Positions 14,379 through 27,108 are shown, counted from the first letter of the whole stretch. The stretch: DNA of 63,783 nucleotides, filler included, from Bipalium vagum (GCA_037834085.1; 3 parts of 3 records of this genome joined end to end with filler, not necessarily neighbours in it), one strand, 5' to 3'. Made by a program: numbers and translations. The notes: generated by a model from the letters alone, not told the origin.

Positions 14379-17300
14379 GTTCAGTCCTTCAATATTTTTC
14401 TATCTGTTATCTGTAGTTCCTGCAATCTGGTTTATGGAACTCATGCTTATCACTAAGAGAAACCCCAGATGTTCCATGTTGACAGAATCCAGTAATTACA
14501 CTAAAGATGAAAATGATAATAATTGTGCCTATCAACAAAATTCATTTAAGGTATTTATAAGTTTTACAATGTTTATGGGATTTTATAACAAATCATTAAA
14601 GCTAGATTTTTTAATTAAAGAAATTATTCAAAAATATAATAATCAATAAAACTTTCAAAAATAATTGTGTAAATTTTCATATATTTCCATTAAATCAACA
14701 TTATATTATATTTTCATTGATCAAGAATAATTGGAAAAATATTTGATGGATGAAGTTATTTTTTCAATTAGCCTATTAGGTGCTCGAAAATAAGCAAAAT
14801 AAAAAATATATATTTAATACAATAATATCAATCAGTTATCTATTAACCATCATAGAAAATCATCTGTTATCTTTCCATCAAGGAGTGGTTACCATCACCA
14901 AGATATGTTGCATATTTTTCATAAAAAAACATTGCAAGATCGATTTTATCACATTTTTGTTGATTGTTGAGAAATCTTTTACCTTTGAGGAGGTGCTGCA
15001 AAGATCGATAAAGGTTACAATCTGGTGGCGAGATGAAGGACTATAAGCTGGGTGAGGCAACAGTTCATAATAATTTTGTTTTCCATTTCAGAAATTCCAT
15101 TTGACAACTTGATATTATTTTTTTTACCTGCTGGTAGCGTAAATCACAATAATAATAAATTAATTTATAAATAATTTGAGTTAAAAATCTTTAAATTAAT
15201 AAAAATACCTATAATCTATTAGGTTGGCAATTAAGTCCGTTCGGTTATTTTAATGAAATGAAATAATTGTTTATTGTCGAAAAAATTTAATAAATTGAAT
15301 CAAAATTTTATTACATAAGAAATTTTGTATTTCATAAGATATATAAATTAATCAATTATTGTTTAAATAATATCATTATTTAACCAACAATTCAAGCTCT
15401 AATATGGAAGACAAAATGATGCATTTTAGATATTTCTTTATATAATTTTAGAAGAGGCAAACGAGCTGTAGATGTTCATAAAAAATTGCCGTTTATACGA
15501 GGATGATGCCTTAACAGAATGGGTATGCCAGAAATGGTTTGCAAAATTCCGTTCTGAAAATTTTAACATGGATGATGCGTCCCGCTCCTGTCGCTCCACG
15601 GAAATTGAAGCAGATGATATCAAAACTATTATTGATAATAATCCAACCCAGGCGGTTTGGGGAATAGTCACGAGACTCAAAAAATCGCACAACTGAGAGA
15701 CATTTACATAAAATTGGTTACGTTTCTCGACTTACTGTATGGGTACCACATAAACTCACCGAGGCCAATTTGACAGCACCAATATCAATCTGCGATTTGC
15801 TCCTAAAACGGCAAGAAGGACACCCAATTTTACGCAACTTGGTTACTGGTAATGAAAAATGAATTTCTTACGACAATACAGTGCGTACACAGTTCTGGGC
15901 TACCAAAACAACATCAAAAGCAGGATTACATCCGAAAAAGATAATGATCTCAGATTGGTGGGATTATAAAGGTGTCATCTTCTATGAGCTGCTACTATCT
16001 GGTACAACGGTTGATTCAAATGTTTACTACTCTCAATTAACTAAATTGAACAAAGAAATTTCCGAAAAGCGTCCAGTGCTGGCAAATCACAAGCACGACA
16101 ATGCCAGGTCTCACACCTCAATGATCACTCTGGAAGAATTAAGGAGCCTTGGGTGGGATGTTTTGCCATATTTACCATATTCCCTGGACTTGGCTTCTAC
16201 AGACTACCACTTATTTTGATCGTTGCAGATTTCCTTAAACGGGAAAACTGTCATCAATGAGGAGTCCACCAAAAGGGATCTTGGTTGGTTTTTAGAAAAT
16301 AAACCTCAGGAATTCTATGAAAGGGAAATAATGAAATTGGTAGAAAGATGGAGGGAGGTTATTAATAAAGATGAAATACACATCATTGATTAAGGTTGTT
16401 TTTATCAATAAAAATTTTCTGTTTTTCTATCTTCTAAAAAACCGAACGGACTTAATTGCCAACCCAATAGTTAAATTGCAATGCAGTTTTTAATGACAAT
16501 ATATTTAAATTTTATTTATTTATTATTTCCCATTGAGATAATTTATAACATTTTTAAAGATTCCCTTCCATTTTGGTTCCTTTAAAAGTATTGAGTTAGA
16601 TGCTACTGCCCAAATATTGGAACAATTCCTTCTACTTTTGTTGATTATGGGTAGATGGTTTATGCCAAAAGGGAAAATGAGCCGAGATCAATTGTCTCAA
16701 CTATTATTGACATATATTGGGGTTGCAGCAGATATTGTGGAATTGTTCGAAGCATTCAAGGAGCAGGCGGTAAGAGAAAGCCGATTACTGACTGTTTGGT
16801 CTATTTCTCTGATTCAATTTTGTTTCATTTTGGTCAGTAAAACTGATAACAAAGAAAAACAAAAATCCAAGAGACAATTCGATTTATCAAATAATATTGC
16901 ACAAAAATGCAATGGTGGTGAAACCATATATCTGACACATATATCATTAAAAGATGATAAGAGATTTTGTAAAAAATTCAAATCTATTCAATGGGCATTT
17001 TCTTTGGATGTTCTTATTATTCTCATACCTTTACTATTTCAAGATACGCCTTTCATAATATTACGCTTGTACTTTATCATTGAACACAAAATTATTAGTT
17101 ATACTAATACATTTTTTACTGCAAAAAATTCATTGGTAATTCTTTTGCTAGTTTACCGACTCGTAGTGATACAAATTGATTCTAGACAAAAATCGAAAGA
17201 ATCTTCTTCGTTATCTTCATCAACAGTAAGATCTGTTAAGATAATTGATCGAAATCAAGCTCAATCGGTGATATCAAACCAACAACCAGTCTCACATCTT

Positions 17301-17591
17301 CATGCTCCACACACAGTAGATCTTAATAAAGATCAAGTATTAACATCAGAGATGAACTTTTCTATAACGGAAAGTAATTACCCCAGAAAACCACTCAACA
17401 ATATCCCACAAAGCTCAGTCAGAATTGATCAAAGTCAACATGTTAAAAATATCGAATCTGGCAAAATCTCACATGAAAAAAATCAAGATTACCAGGTCCA
17501 TTTTAACAATCAAATGGAAGAAACAGATTCCGACAAAGAGATTGAAGACAGCATAAGAATGTTTGATGCTGTCATAAAAAGCCTGACTTGA
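14379..17591 (+). CDS. TMEM26: Transmembrane protein 26-like, 3' exons 14379-14550 and 16560-17591 (5' exon not located)
   Basis: FSPSIFFYLLSVVPAIWFMEL, then LEQFLLLLLIMGRWFMPKGKMSRDQLSQLLLTYIGVAADIVELF, FQDTPFIILRL and FFTAKNSLVILLLVYRL are TMEM26 family motifs. A phase-0 GT-AG intron (14551-16559) joins the exons in frame. Confidence 0.85.
14865..15140 (-). mobile_element. Mariner 3' fragment in TMEM26 intron
   Basis: PHPAYSP motif followed by a frameshifted DxxLxRSL region. Confidence 0.65.
15219..16467 (+). mobile_element. Full-length (1249 bp) but inactivated mariner in TMEM26 intron
   Basis: 28-bp TIRs ttaggttggcaattaagtccgttcggtt / aaccgaacggacttaattgccaacccaa with 1 mismatch, TA on both sides. 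Transposase motifs WFAKFRS, WVPHKL, HDNARSH and YSLDLASTDYHLF, with stops and frameshifts. Confidence 0.97.
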
Positions 17592-19449
17592 TCTCACTTT
17601 TTCTGATCTGTAAATCTTTATTTCTTATCTTCTTTTATTTACAAATGATGTTCAAAGATGTTAATCAATATTTTTTGAGATGCATATTGGATGTCTTATT
17701 TTATATTAAAGAAAAAATATGAATGGAAGTATAATTTAAAGTAATCAATAAAAAATAAATAAATAATAATGAAAAATATTATAAAAAATTGAAATTACTC
17801 GTCAAATCGAATTTAAGGTGTTTGTAAATCGCATATAATTTCAGAAACATTGTGTAGAGGGTCTTCTAATATGTTGTAAAAACTTTAATATCGTTCTGAT
17901 CCATCAATCTTAATTAAAATTGATAAATTCAAGGAAATGAGTTGCCTGAGTGGAAAAAATCATCATATTTGTTAAATAATTCAAAACTAAAATACAGGAA
18001 TCAATAAATATTTAGATTCCAAATACTTTCCCAGAAACTATTTAATGACCAAAATTGTCTCTGTTTCTTGAGATTGGAGGGTTATTGTGTAGCACTTTGA
18101 GAGAAATGGGTTTTTATGTTGGTATTGATCATGGTGAAACAACTTAAATATTCGAAATGTATTCATAAACTGAAATCAACTGGGGTTCCGTAACGAAATG
18201 ACAGATCACTAATTTTTGGTAAATTGGAAAAAATTGAAACTTTGGATTGGAAGTGCTTAGTTCAGAACTTGAATTATACAATGAAAATTGGCATAATTTA
18301 TATTATTAAATTAGAAATTGTCCTAGTATGACAATAATTTCTTATAATGATCATTATTGGGAATCAATAATCTTTATTTATTTGGTTTGGGTAACGTTTA
18401 TTATAGTAAAAAACTTATTTCTCATCATTTTTAGGTTCACGTGTAATATCATATTATTACGAACACTGTTTGGTAAATTTTATGTTTTATAATAATGTTA
18501 ATGGGAAAAGTTTAAGTCAGCGGTTGAAATAGTTTTTTATTAAAAATGCAGATAACCAATGTATCTTAGAATTGTGGAATTAATGTCTTATTTCTTTTCA
18601 TAAAAAAATACGAATTAAAATTTTTAATTAATTGGCTAAGTGTAAAAAAAGAGAAATTTAGGTTTATTAAATTAATTACAAAATTTGACAAGTTAATAAA
18701 AATTTCACATTATACATTGTTTAAAGTGATTTGATAATAATGTATTTTAGTAACAAGCAAGTTATCTCAGCCAATTAATTAATGTTCGATTTGTTGTTGT
18801 TTTATTTTGTCAATTCGATTCAGAGTTTTTTATCGATTTAGAGTTTAAATTTATTGTTATTTGTTTATTTTACTTTAAGTGGTTTTATAACTGGTTACCG
18901 TGTCATTTTAAGATATAGCTTAGAGAAATATTTTTTATACTAACTAAACCCAAAAAACATTTAAACTTTTCTTTACAAGTGATTAATAAAGAAAAATAAA
19001 TGTAAAAAATTTAAATTATATATTTTAAATAATTAATTAACTGATCTAGTCCATGGAATAAGATTCGAGATTTGTTTGGCTTTGGTGCCTTACATTCTTT
19101 ATTGAAATTACTTAAGTTTACATTTATTAATGAAAATGATAAATGTACGAAGTGCCAATAGCAACGGCTATGTTTATCAATTTTAGAATCATTAATTAAT
19201 TAATTGTTGATGAAACGAATTAATTAAAATACATCAAATCCTGAGAAGCCTTGTTGAATCTATATATAATACTCTTTCATTAGAAATATGAGATTTTCAA
19301 TTTTTCCAAGGTTTTAGATGCTTTGGCTCTCAGAATTTCTTTTAGATGAAATTTTATTTAATGACAGTAACTGATTCGATTATTTTACCCTAAATTATAA
19401 ATCTTACTACGACGTTTAGATCTTCAAAAAATCATTTATCTGATACTTA

Positions 19450-19738
19450 ATGAATGGTGAGAAATGCCTTTCAGAATTGGGTGGTGATAACAAATGGATT
19501 CTAAAATGGTTCTTCTTGATTTCCTACATGAAATCATTGCCATGCGTATTTTCAATGTTTGCCTTTCAATTTACTGGTGCAAAACCAGAAAGGTTTCATT
19601 GCTATATTCCAGAGAACGCCTCACTGAAAGATTGGATTCCCCGAGAGTTTGTCAACGGGGAATGGAAATATAGCTCATGCAACCAATATCAGAATTCTTC
19701 AAATTTTACCATTGTCCCATGTCAGAATGGTTATAATT
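19450..19738 (+). CDS. SLC22/organic cation transporter-like protein, N-terminal exon truncated by contig end
   Basis: Short N-terminus (LSELGG), TM1, then an extracellular loop with P-x-x-x-HC, SSC-x-x-Y and C-x-x-GY, the typical SLC22 loop cysteine pattern. Confidence 0.75.
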
Positions 19739-19838
19739 NNNNNNNNNNNNNNNNNNNNNNNNNNNNNNNNNNNNNNNNNNNNTTAATTAATTAANNNNNN
19801 NNNNNNNNNNNNNNNNNNNNNNNNNNNNNNNNNNNNNN
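19739..19838. other. Artificial contig linker (N-TTAATTAATTAA-N)
   Basis: 100-nt block with a six-frame stop cassette between N runs. Confidence 0.97.
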
Positions 19839-19953
19839 TTTAGAAATTTATTTTCTGATTCATTTCTAATAAAATCAATTTCATCTTTTATATCAATATC
19901 CTTTTTATAATCATCATAGAAATAAGGAGATTTAAAGTAAATATATTCTTCAG

Positions 19954-20448
19954 TCATTTTTTAAGTTTTAATTTTTCTAGAGGAACATATTTTAACTCAT
20001 TTAAAATGTGAGTGAAGCTCTCATGAAGCAAGCGTTTGGCTCTAGCATCTTCGGTGCGTTTTACTTCATTATCCTCAAACCTTTTTTTATTAAACAACTG
20101 ATATAAAACATATAACGTTAATTGTCCGCAATATTCTAAATCGGTTTCACTTTGAAAATCTATTTTATTAAATTCTTCAACATGTTTTTCTAATTGATCT
20201 AATGGTGGTAAACCGTAAGAATCAAAATAGTATTCATTCAAATAGTATTCACCAACCAAATGAATTCCTTTTTGATTTGTATTTTGATAATTAATAATTA
20301 ATGGAATTTCAGACTTTATTCTTTTTTCAGTAATCTCATCTTTCGTTAAAACTTTTAAGGGCATCTCTAAATCTTCAACCATATTTATTAAATCAAAATT
20401 TTAAGTTGTATTAATACCATATTTTCAAAGGAAATCAAGTATAGTCAT
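19954..20448 (-). pseudogene. Adenain-like (Polinton/adintovirus maturation) cysteine protease
   Basis: T*NFDL...IINYQNTNQKGIHLV...YYFDSYGLPP...FQ...YCGQLTLYVL gives the His/Asp/Gln/Cys arrangement. Two in-frame stops lie upstream of 20382, and the conserved HW has become HL. Confidence 0.8.
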
Positions 20449-21049
20449 TTTAAATAAATAAATATTTAATCTTTTATATAAGGGTTCAACGAAGTTGTAA
20501 AGGGCTACACCCTGTCAAAATACAAACCACTCCCTTGCTTAATTATTTTAATTTTATTTTGGACATCTTTTGTAATAACTCTTTTAATTCTTTTCTATCT
20601 GATTTATTTAAATTTTTATATTATAAACTATTTAAAATTGAATCTCTTAATCCCTTTCCAAAATATGGATCGAAGTATAGTCCGCAACCTTTAGGTGGGT
20701 CATAATACAACCCCGTACCAGATGTTACTTCTTTTTGTAAAACTTTGGTGTTGAGATCTTCGCTTGGTTTTAGTTTTTCAATTTCTATTTCTAACTTCTT
20801 TTTTTCTAAATCTGTTTTTTGTGCTCCTTTTACTTTTTGCACAACAGTTGCAACATTTGTATTGTTAAAAGGGTTTTAAGATTTTAGATGTAATTCTCCT
20901 GGATATTTTCCTGTAGTGAATTTGTTGAAAAATTTAATATTTGTTATTGCTGATTGAATGTCACCACCGGTTTTTATAAAAAAATATGGACATTTTTTTA
21001 AAATTTTTTCAATCGTTGTTTTTTTATTGATATCGTTGTTTTTATTCGT

Positions 21050-21115
21050 TGTATTCTCATTGTTTCCTCGTTGTTTTTTCGTTGTTTTTTCGTTGTTTTT
21101 TCGTTGTTATCGTTG
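21050..21115. repeat. 11-bp minisatellite (ttttttcgttg)n
   Basis: Three to four tandem units plus degenerate flanking units, inside the viral remnant. Confidence 0.8.
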
Positions 21116-22178
21116 ATATCATTGTTTCTTCGTTTATTTTTTTCATGTTTTCTTGTATCTTCATGATGAGATTTATTTTTCTTAGAAACACTTTTATCAC
21201 AAATTTCACAATACTATTTTTCATAAAAATAAATAAATATAAGGTAAAAATATTTTGTTATTTTGGTAACTTGATATTTTTAATATTTCTCCCTGAGGTT
21301 TGCCTTTCAATGGGTTCCCCATAAAATTAATTTTTAAACCGAGAGGATTTTCGTTTTAAGCACATATGTTAACAAATTATTGTATGTTGATGTTATAGAA
21401 TGTAGTTCATGGTGTTTTTCACATTTTTTATGAGAGTTTATTAAAGTTTCAAAATAAATGATTATTTTAACTAAGTAATGTGGATTATTTATTTTTAAAA
21501 AGTGATAACATTTTTAGAGAGGTTTTTTTAGAGTACTTAAACTTTACTAGAAGTACTGAAGCCAACCCAACAAAATACTTATCTTTAAAAATACATTTAT
21601 TGGTCTAATTTCTTCTTTTATAATATTGATTAACAATATAAAAAATAAAATAATGACAAGATAAAAATGTTAGTAACTGCGATGTTATCAACACTTTCTG
21701 AATTCATAAAGTCAATATTTGGTAACATTTATATTCGATAAAAATAATTGTGTCGTTTGAATAAGTGTCCTCTATTTGTTATTTACTTAAAAAATTAATT
21801 ACCTGATACTTTTAATAACATTATTTAATTATTTAGATTTTAAAAGAAACATCTAAATTTTTTAAAATTATTTAAAAATTTACTTTACATTAATGATTAA
21901 ATTTTAATATATTACTTTAAAATTTATTTTTAAAATATTTATGATTTATGATTTATTATTTAATCTTAATAAATATTTAATCGTCACAAATATTTTTAAA
22001 AATTAAAAATAAAATTACTGTCGTAATTAATTAAATTTTAAAAATTCTGCTTAATAAAATTCAAATATTTATTAAATAAATGGAAATTAAAACAAAGTTT
22101 TTTTACTATTTAAGGTAATCCTAAAATTCATATTTGCAATTTTCATATGGCTCTGTGAATGTTTTTATTCATTTCGTT

Positions 22179-22915
22179 ATGAGACATATAAAAATTTTAG
22201 TACCATTTCTGTTCCTCTTCTATAATATCATATCTAAATGCCCAAAGTCGTACACAATATTTAACAATATTTGTTTTTATATGAAAAATGAGTATATGTC
22301 TTTTTGTGATGCATGGAAATCGTGTACAAGCGAAGGAAGTCGTCTGATTTTGGGAAATGAATTGAGGCCTATCAGGAGAACCCTTAGCAGATATACAGAA
22401 TATTTGACAAGTATAAATGACCTTCTTATTGAAAAAAATTATTCAAAAGAAGGTTGGCTACAATGGAGAAATTCTAAGTTCAAAGAGATTGATCTCTGGC
22501 TCCCAATTGAACCTGATAATTATTACGAAGAGGACTGCACAATTTATTTGGACTCAATATTGAGGGATACATCATGTTTGTATAAACGCAAAATAATTTG
22601 CGTGCATGAAAATCTGAAACAGTCTCAGTTTAAAACATTTGTGAGGGACAAAAATGTCCCTTTTAATACTGGAGGCGAACAAGGATGTTATTCAGAATTT
22701 TCTAACATTTCTCGAATGCGATGTGCAATAAAGTTAAGTGTTTTGCCTTTCGATGATTTTTTGACGATTTTTATTCTTTTAGATGTCTACAGTCTTTGTA
22801 TTGCATTTCCTTCTATTTTTCTGATTCAAAAAAGTTGTGCGTTTTATCAGATTATGTCGACAGCTCACTGCCATCAGGGTACAAGATGACAGACAAATGG
22901 AGAAGATTTTTATAA
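22179..22915 (+). CDS. Secreted C-type lectin-domain protein with C-terminal PAN/apple-like domain; exons 22179-22732, 22783-22915
   Basis: Hydrophobic leader; CP..Y..F...CFY, A...C...G..L, W...EPDN..EDC, D..C....IC. After a 50-nt GT-AG intron: CAIKCLQSLYCISFYFSDSKKLCVLS. Confidence 0.75.
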
Positions 22916-24667
22916 TCGAACGAAAAGATATCTTCATAACTTATTTACTTTTGAATTTTTGTTAAATGTTGTCTGCTTTCATTATTATTTGTGATTTGAT
23001 TACGATTTCAATTTGAGATGGATAATAAACAAACAAATGCATCATCTAACTAAAGGGCTTTCTCTACAAAGACAGATTGTTCGGTATTTATTAAGTAGCT
23101 ATAGGGCAAACACACAGTTTCAGTCACTAAAGTATTTTTTGTTTTAATACTTGTTTCAACATTATTTATGTATTTTTAAATTTAAGTATTTTATTAGTTA
23201 TGAAAGCTTGACAATTCTTGGTCCGAACGATATTATTTTAACTAATCTTTTAAACAAAAAATAATTCAATGACCGAAACTATACTGGAATTTTTTTCAAA
23301 TCCCGAGGTCTTAACTTTAATTAACAAGCTACAAAACTAACAACAATAAGAAAAATGAGCTTATTGATAAGAACTTTGATATCTGCATTTGAGATAATAA
23401 AGTGAATAATAAATTAAGAGACAAGTGTTGAAACTGGTAGATGGTATGCCGAGACTTATCAAAAGAAATGGACTCCACACAAAGTTTTGATATGTAATAA
23501 ACTTTGAAATTCATGGTACTTACAATTGTTTAGTTTTTTAATAGAACACTTTCTGTATTGATTGATTTTTACTTTAATTTTAAGCAAAAGTAAAAAATAT
23601 TTAACGCGACCCAATCAATATGCTCCCTACCGTTTATTTTATTTATATTTGTGGAACATGTTCATCGTAATTATTATTTTGAAATTAATAAACACTGAAA
23701 AAGTTCAACATCCTCACAAGCAATATAAAGTTTGTCCAATTATAACAATAAATTTAACAAAACGCCCATTCGGAGGTTGTCAAGTTAATCTTTGGCAATA
23801 ATATTTATCATTATTAATTAATTCATTTATTAATAATGTCAAATATAATTCATTGGGTGTTTTGATTGTTAGAGCACCTGCAACTTAAAATAACTGAAGA
23901 TTTTCACATGTTGGTACAGGTGGATAAATATAAATAAAATAAATTCATTTCAATTTGACAAATAACAATGGGATCCCATAATAAACTTCAATGCATTTTA
24001 TATTTAACATTTCGCAACAAAAGAACTTTCCAGAGAATTTTGAAAGAGGAATTGTTCTGGAACCTAAATAATTATTAATTTGGTATGTATTGCTGTATTT
24101 GTTCAGCATAAACAATAAGTTTCAACAAAGTACATGAAAGTTTGGCTTTATCAAAATATTTATTCCTGTAATATAAAGGTTTCAAAGAATCTTGACAATT
24201 ATAAAAGCCAAAAAATAGGGAATATCAGATTTAGTCATTTGAAAATTGTTCCAATATTAATAAATTTTCTTTAATTTTAGTGCATACTAAAGAAAATCAT
24301 TATTAATTTTTATTAAATAAATAAATAATAAATGATAATTAAAATAAATAAATTGGAACAAAGCGGATTATAACTTATAAAGTCAAAGTCAAAGTGAACT
24401 CTTAATTTTTCTAAAAGATTCAAAATTGAGATGTTTCATTCAGTGGTTGCACAATGCTCCCACGGTACTGGTGTAATATAATACTCAATAAAATCCTGAA
24501 AATAAGAAATTATTCGAAAAATATTAAATTTTAATAACTTTTTTTAATTTAATTTAGCTGTGAAGAGTTCAACATCTCTATAATCCAAGAAATCAATAAT
24601 AATTGATCCGGTTTCGGACACTGATCTCTTACCTGCTAACATGCCTTACTTTTTGATATTGTGATTA

Positions 24668-24885
24668 CTGTAAAATCCCGAGTATTAGCTGCAGATGACA
24701 TTTTATAAAAATGTATTTTTTAGTCGTATAAACTGCACCACGTATTAGCTGCATCATTTACGTTGAAATGAAAAGTGTGATGGTTTTGTAGAGTGTGGTG
24801 TTGAAAATTGAAATAAATAATCTTATCTTCGATTTGAATTGTTTTGTAGTTGTATAAGCTGCACATCATATTAGCTGCAATTCAA
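24668..24885. mobile_element. End of a Tc2/pogo-like DNA transposon with subterminal repeats
   Basis: TA-ctgtaaaatcccgagtattagctgca terminus; tattagctgca occurs three times, twice within gtataarctgcac..tattagctgca. Confidence 0.5.
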
Positions 24886-25326
24886 AAATATTGCCTTTAT
24901 GTACGTATTACATTCCCAATGGTAATGTAAAAGTCGGGGTCCAATATTAAAGACGACCAAAGAGCCTGATAACAATGAAAATAAAAATAACTTCTTTTAC
25001 ATATCTCTTAACATTGCCATCTTTGCTAGAAATCTATTCATGCAAAAAAATTTCATCGCTGTGCATCTTTTCCAAAGGTTGTACCAGTTTCCTTATCAGC
25101 AACTAAAGTCATCGCTCTTAATTATTATTGAGATGCGGTCAACTGTTGAGAATCCTGTCTTCGAAAACTCTTCATATAAGACACAAATAGTCTTAATAAC
25201 AGCATTCAGTGAACCATCACTTTTACAAACATTTATTTAAATATGTTCAATTCACCTCCCTATTGACCTTAAATGGTTTATTAGAAGATCTGTAATAATA
25301 AACATAAATTATAAATATGGATATAT

Positions 25327-26115
25327 TGAGTGTGTGAATAAATAGCCGGAATTTTTTGAAGAAATAATTCAGAAGAAAAAACTAAAGTTAATAATATTTG
25401 TTATAGGAATTAAACACACATTTTTGTTATAAGTATTGTCCATCTGTTGCTACTACTTGCTCCCATCTTTCAGGTAGGCTACTGATTCTATTTTGAAAAA
25501 TTTCCTGGCATTTTGAGGATATCTGAGAATCGAGCCATTTTACGGTGTTATCATAGGAAAGAAACTGTTGGTCACCTAGACTATGCGAAATGGAACGGAA
25601 CAGGTGGTAATTCGAAGGAGCGATATCTAGAGAGTACTGTGGGTGACGTAAGATTTCCCATCCATATGTTTGCACTAACTAGTTTCGAAACATACGGCCG
25701 AGCATTGTCACGTAAGACAATAATTCTATCATGCCTTTCGGTATAATATGGGCTTTTATCCTTTAATGCTTGACTTAAATGCATCAATTGGAGTTGATAG
25801 CGATCTCTTTTGATTGTTTGGTTCGGTTGCAATAACTCATAATATAGTATATCTAACTGATTCCACTAAATGGATAGCATGACCTTTTGACCATGAATGT
25901 ATGAATGAATGAATGAATTTAGAAGTATGGTCGGGCTCTCCCCTTGATCTTTTTCGCTTATGCTTACTGTAATATATCCATTTTTTTTCGCCCGTTACAG
26001 TGCAATGCAAGAAAGATTTTCGTCTTTGACGTTGAAGCAATTTTTCAAAGATACACAAACGAAGTTCTACGTCTCTCGGTCTCAATTCGTTTGGAACCTA
26101 TTTTTTGAATCATTC
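25327..26115 (-). mobile_element. Mariner remnant (5' truncated)
   Basis: FLHCTVTGEKKWIYY, VLRDNARPYVS, WEILRHPQYSLDIAPSNYHLFRS and LPERWEQVVATDGQY. Confidence 0.92.
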
Positions 26116-26124
26116 CTACAAAGT

Positions 26125-26545
26125 TAAATGCATTAATTTCAGCTTTGGTATCCAATAGAAAATTGAATCCAAACATTGCACATTTAATTTAACACCGGGT
26201 CTTTCTTGCCTTTTACTATCCGAAATAACCATTTTTTTCATTTTCATTTTCATAGCCATTTTTAATACCATTTTTTAAAAAATTCTTTACACATTTTCTG
26301 TCGTTCATCTATTTGCTTCGTATTTGAGAAATTCTTTTTCAAATCTTTAGTATAAATTTATCACTAGCTCCCCAACTAGTAGAGCCCGGACATTTTGGTG
26401 CACTTTGGCTTAGGGACTGTGGTAAAGTACTTGACACATTGAGAGATAAATTCTCAATGTCATCACCTTTACAGAATATGCTTGGTAAAAGGCTCACTAT
26501 AATTTGGTCCGAATTCATTAGTGTTGACATATTAACATTATCGAT
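26125..26545 (-). mobile_element. Gypsy gag / aspartic-protease fragment
   Basis: LLPSIFCKGDDIE-(frameshift)-FISQCVKYF parallels the gag at 27108 (LLPKMLNCSDDLEVFINQCHRYF). Downstream RPGVKL...LLDTKAEIN resembles the protease LLDTGA motif. Confidence 0.6.
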
Positions 26546-26789
26546 TTGTATTTCATAAGTCTAAATTATTTAAATAATTGAGATGATTTTAAAATTAAAA
26601 ATTTCCATGGTATGTTTATTCCCCTGCTAAGAACTTTACCCTGACCTCGTTCTTCCGGAGCAACTATTCGATCTGAAGGGAAGCTTCACGACCACTACCA
26701 CGACTTTATAGCCAGCAGGTAGTTACTGGCTTCATAAAATCCATCTACCTATGAGTACTCTGAGTCCCTACAATATTGAATATACAGAA

Positions 26790-27069
26790 TGCGGAAATTT
26801 CTGCGTATCTTCGAATATCAAGTGGAGCGCAACGCAATGAAATTTTCATCGGAATGTCAGAAAGCTGAAGATGACTCAATCTGAATTGGACGATATTGCC
26901 AATGATGAACCACAAACCCATACAGACGACAATGATGACGGAGAAAATCTGACTAATTGTGACGAAGAACTAATCTAATATTAAAATGCCATACTAGGCT
27001 CACAGAAATGTGTAATTGATTTATATTCAATTATGTGTAAAAACTTGTTGTGAAAATACAATTTTGTTC
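26790..27069 (+). mobile_element. Copy A: 3' end of a Utopia/NeSL-like RLE non-LTR retrotransposon
   Basis: GNFCVSSNIKWSATQ*NFHRNV...CDEELI* plus a 3' UTR homologous to 39122-39460 (-) and 49017-49350 (-). Confidence 0.8.
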
Positions 27070-27108
27070 GTTCGAATCCCGCTATCTCCGATTAATTTTC
27101 AACTAACA
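27070..27108 (+). mobile_element. Copy A: 3' part of tRNA-Ala-like LTR (T-loop/B-box, acceptor strand, LTR end CA)
   Basis: gttcgaatcccgc-tatctcc-gattaattttcaactaaca, followed immediately by a PBS. Confidence 0.8.

Larger units (their letters stand above)
19839..21215 (-). mobile_element. Degraded endogenous Polinton/adintovirus-like gene cluster
   Basis: Colinear minus-strand pieces: C2H2 finger CEICDKSVSKKNKSHHEDTRKH; GGDIQSAI..GKYPGELHL (start of a parvo-type PLA2-like protein); a GxGL-repeat protein (GTGLYYDP, GCGLYFDPYFGKGL, GSGLYFD); an adenain-like protease; and a next ORF overlapping by ATGA. Confidence 0.75.

Noticed and set aside
19739-19838. Palindromic TTAATTAATTAA between N runs (also 41273-41372), and apparent adjacency of the SLC22 exon to the viral protease
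   Set aside because: Artificial six-frame-stop contig linker; adjacency across it is not biological.
21049-21324. Hydrophobic or Phe/Ile/Lys-rich short ORFs in the track (e.g. 21049, 23562, 31137, 50224, 58538, 63234)
   Set aside because: Compositional artefacts of AT-rich DNA or antisense frames of transposons, with no motifs.
24428-24640. Exon-like minus-strand peptides (IIIDFLDYRDVELF; DFIEYYITPVPWEHC)
   Set aside because: No recognisable family and no consistent splice donor linking them.
24683-24880. CRISPR-like spaced repeats (tattagctgca three times)
   Set aside because: Irregular spacing, eukaryotic context and no cas genes; explained as transposon subterminal repeats.
27070-27090. 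Functional tRNA gene
   Set aside because: Only a half is present at each end, the T-stem 5' strand is absent and the anticodon loop is shortened. Treated as tRNA-derived, not as a tRNA gene.
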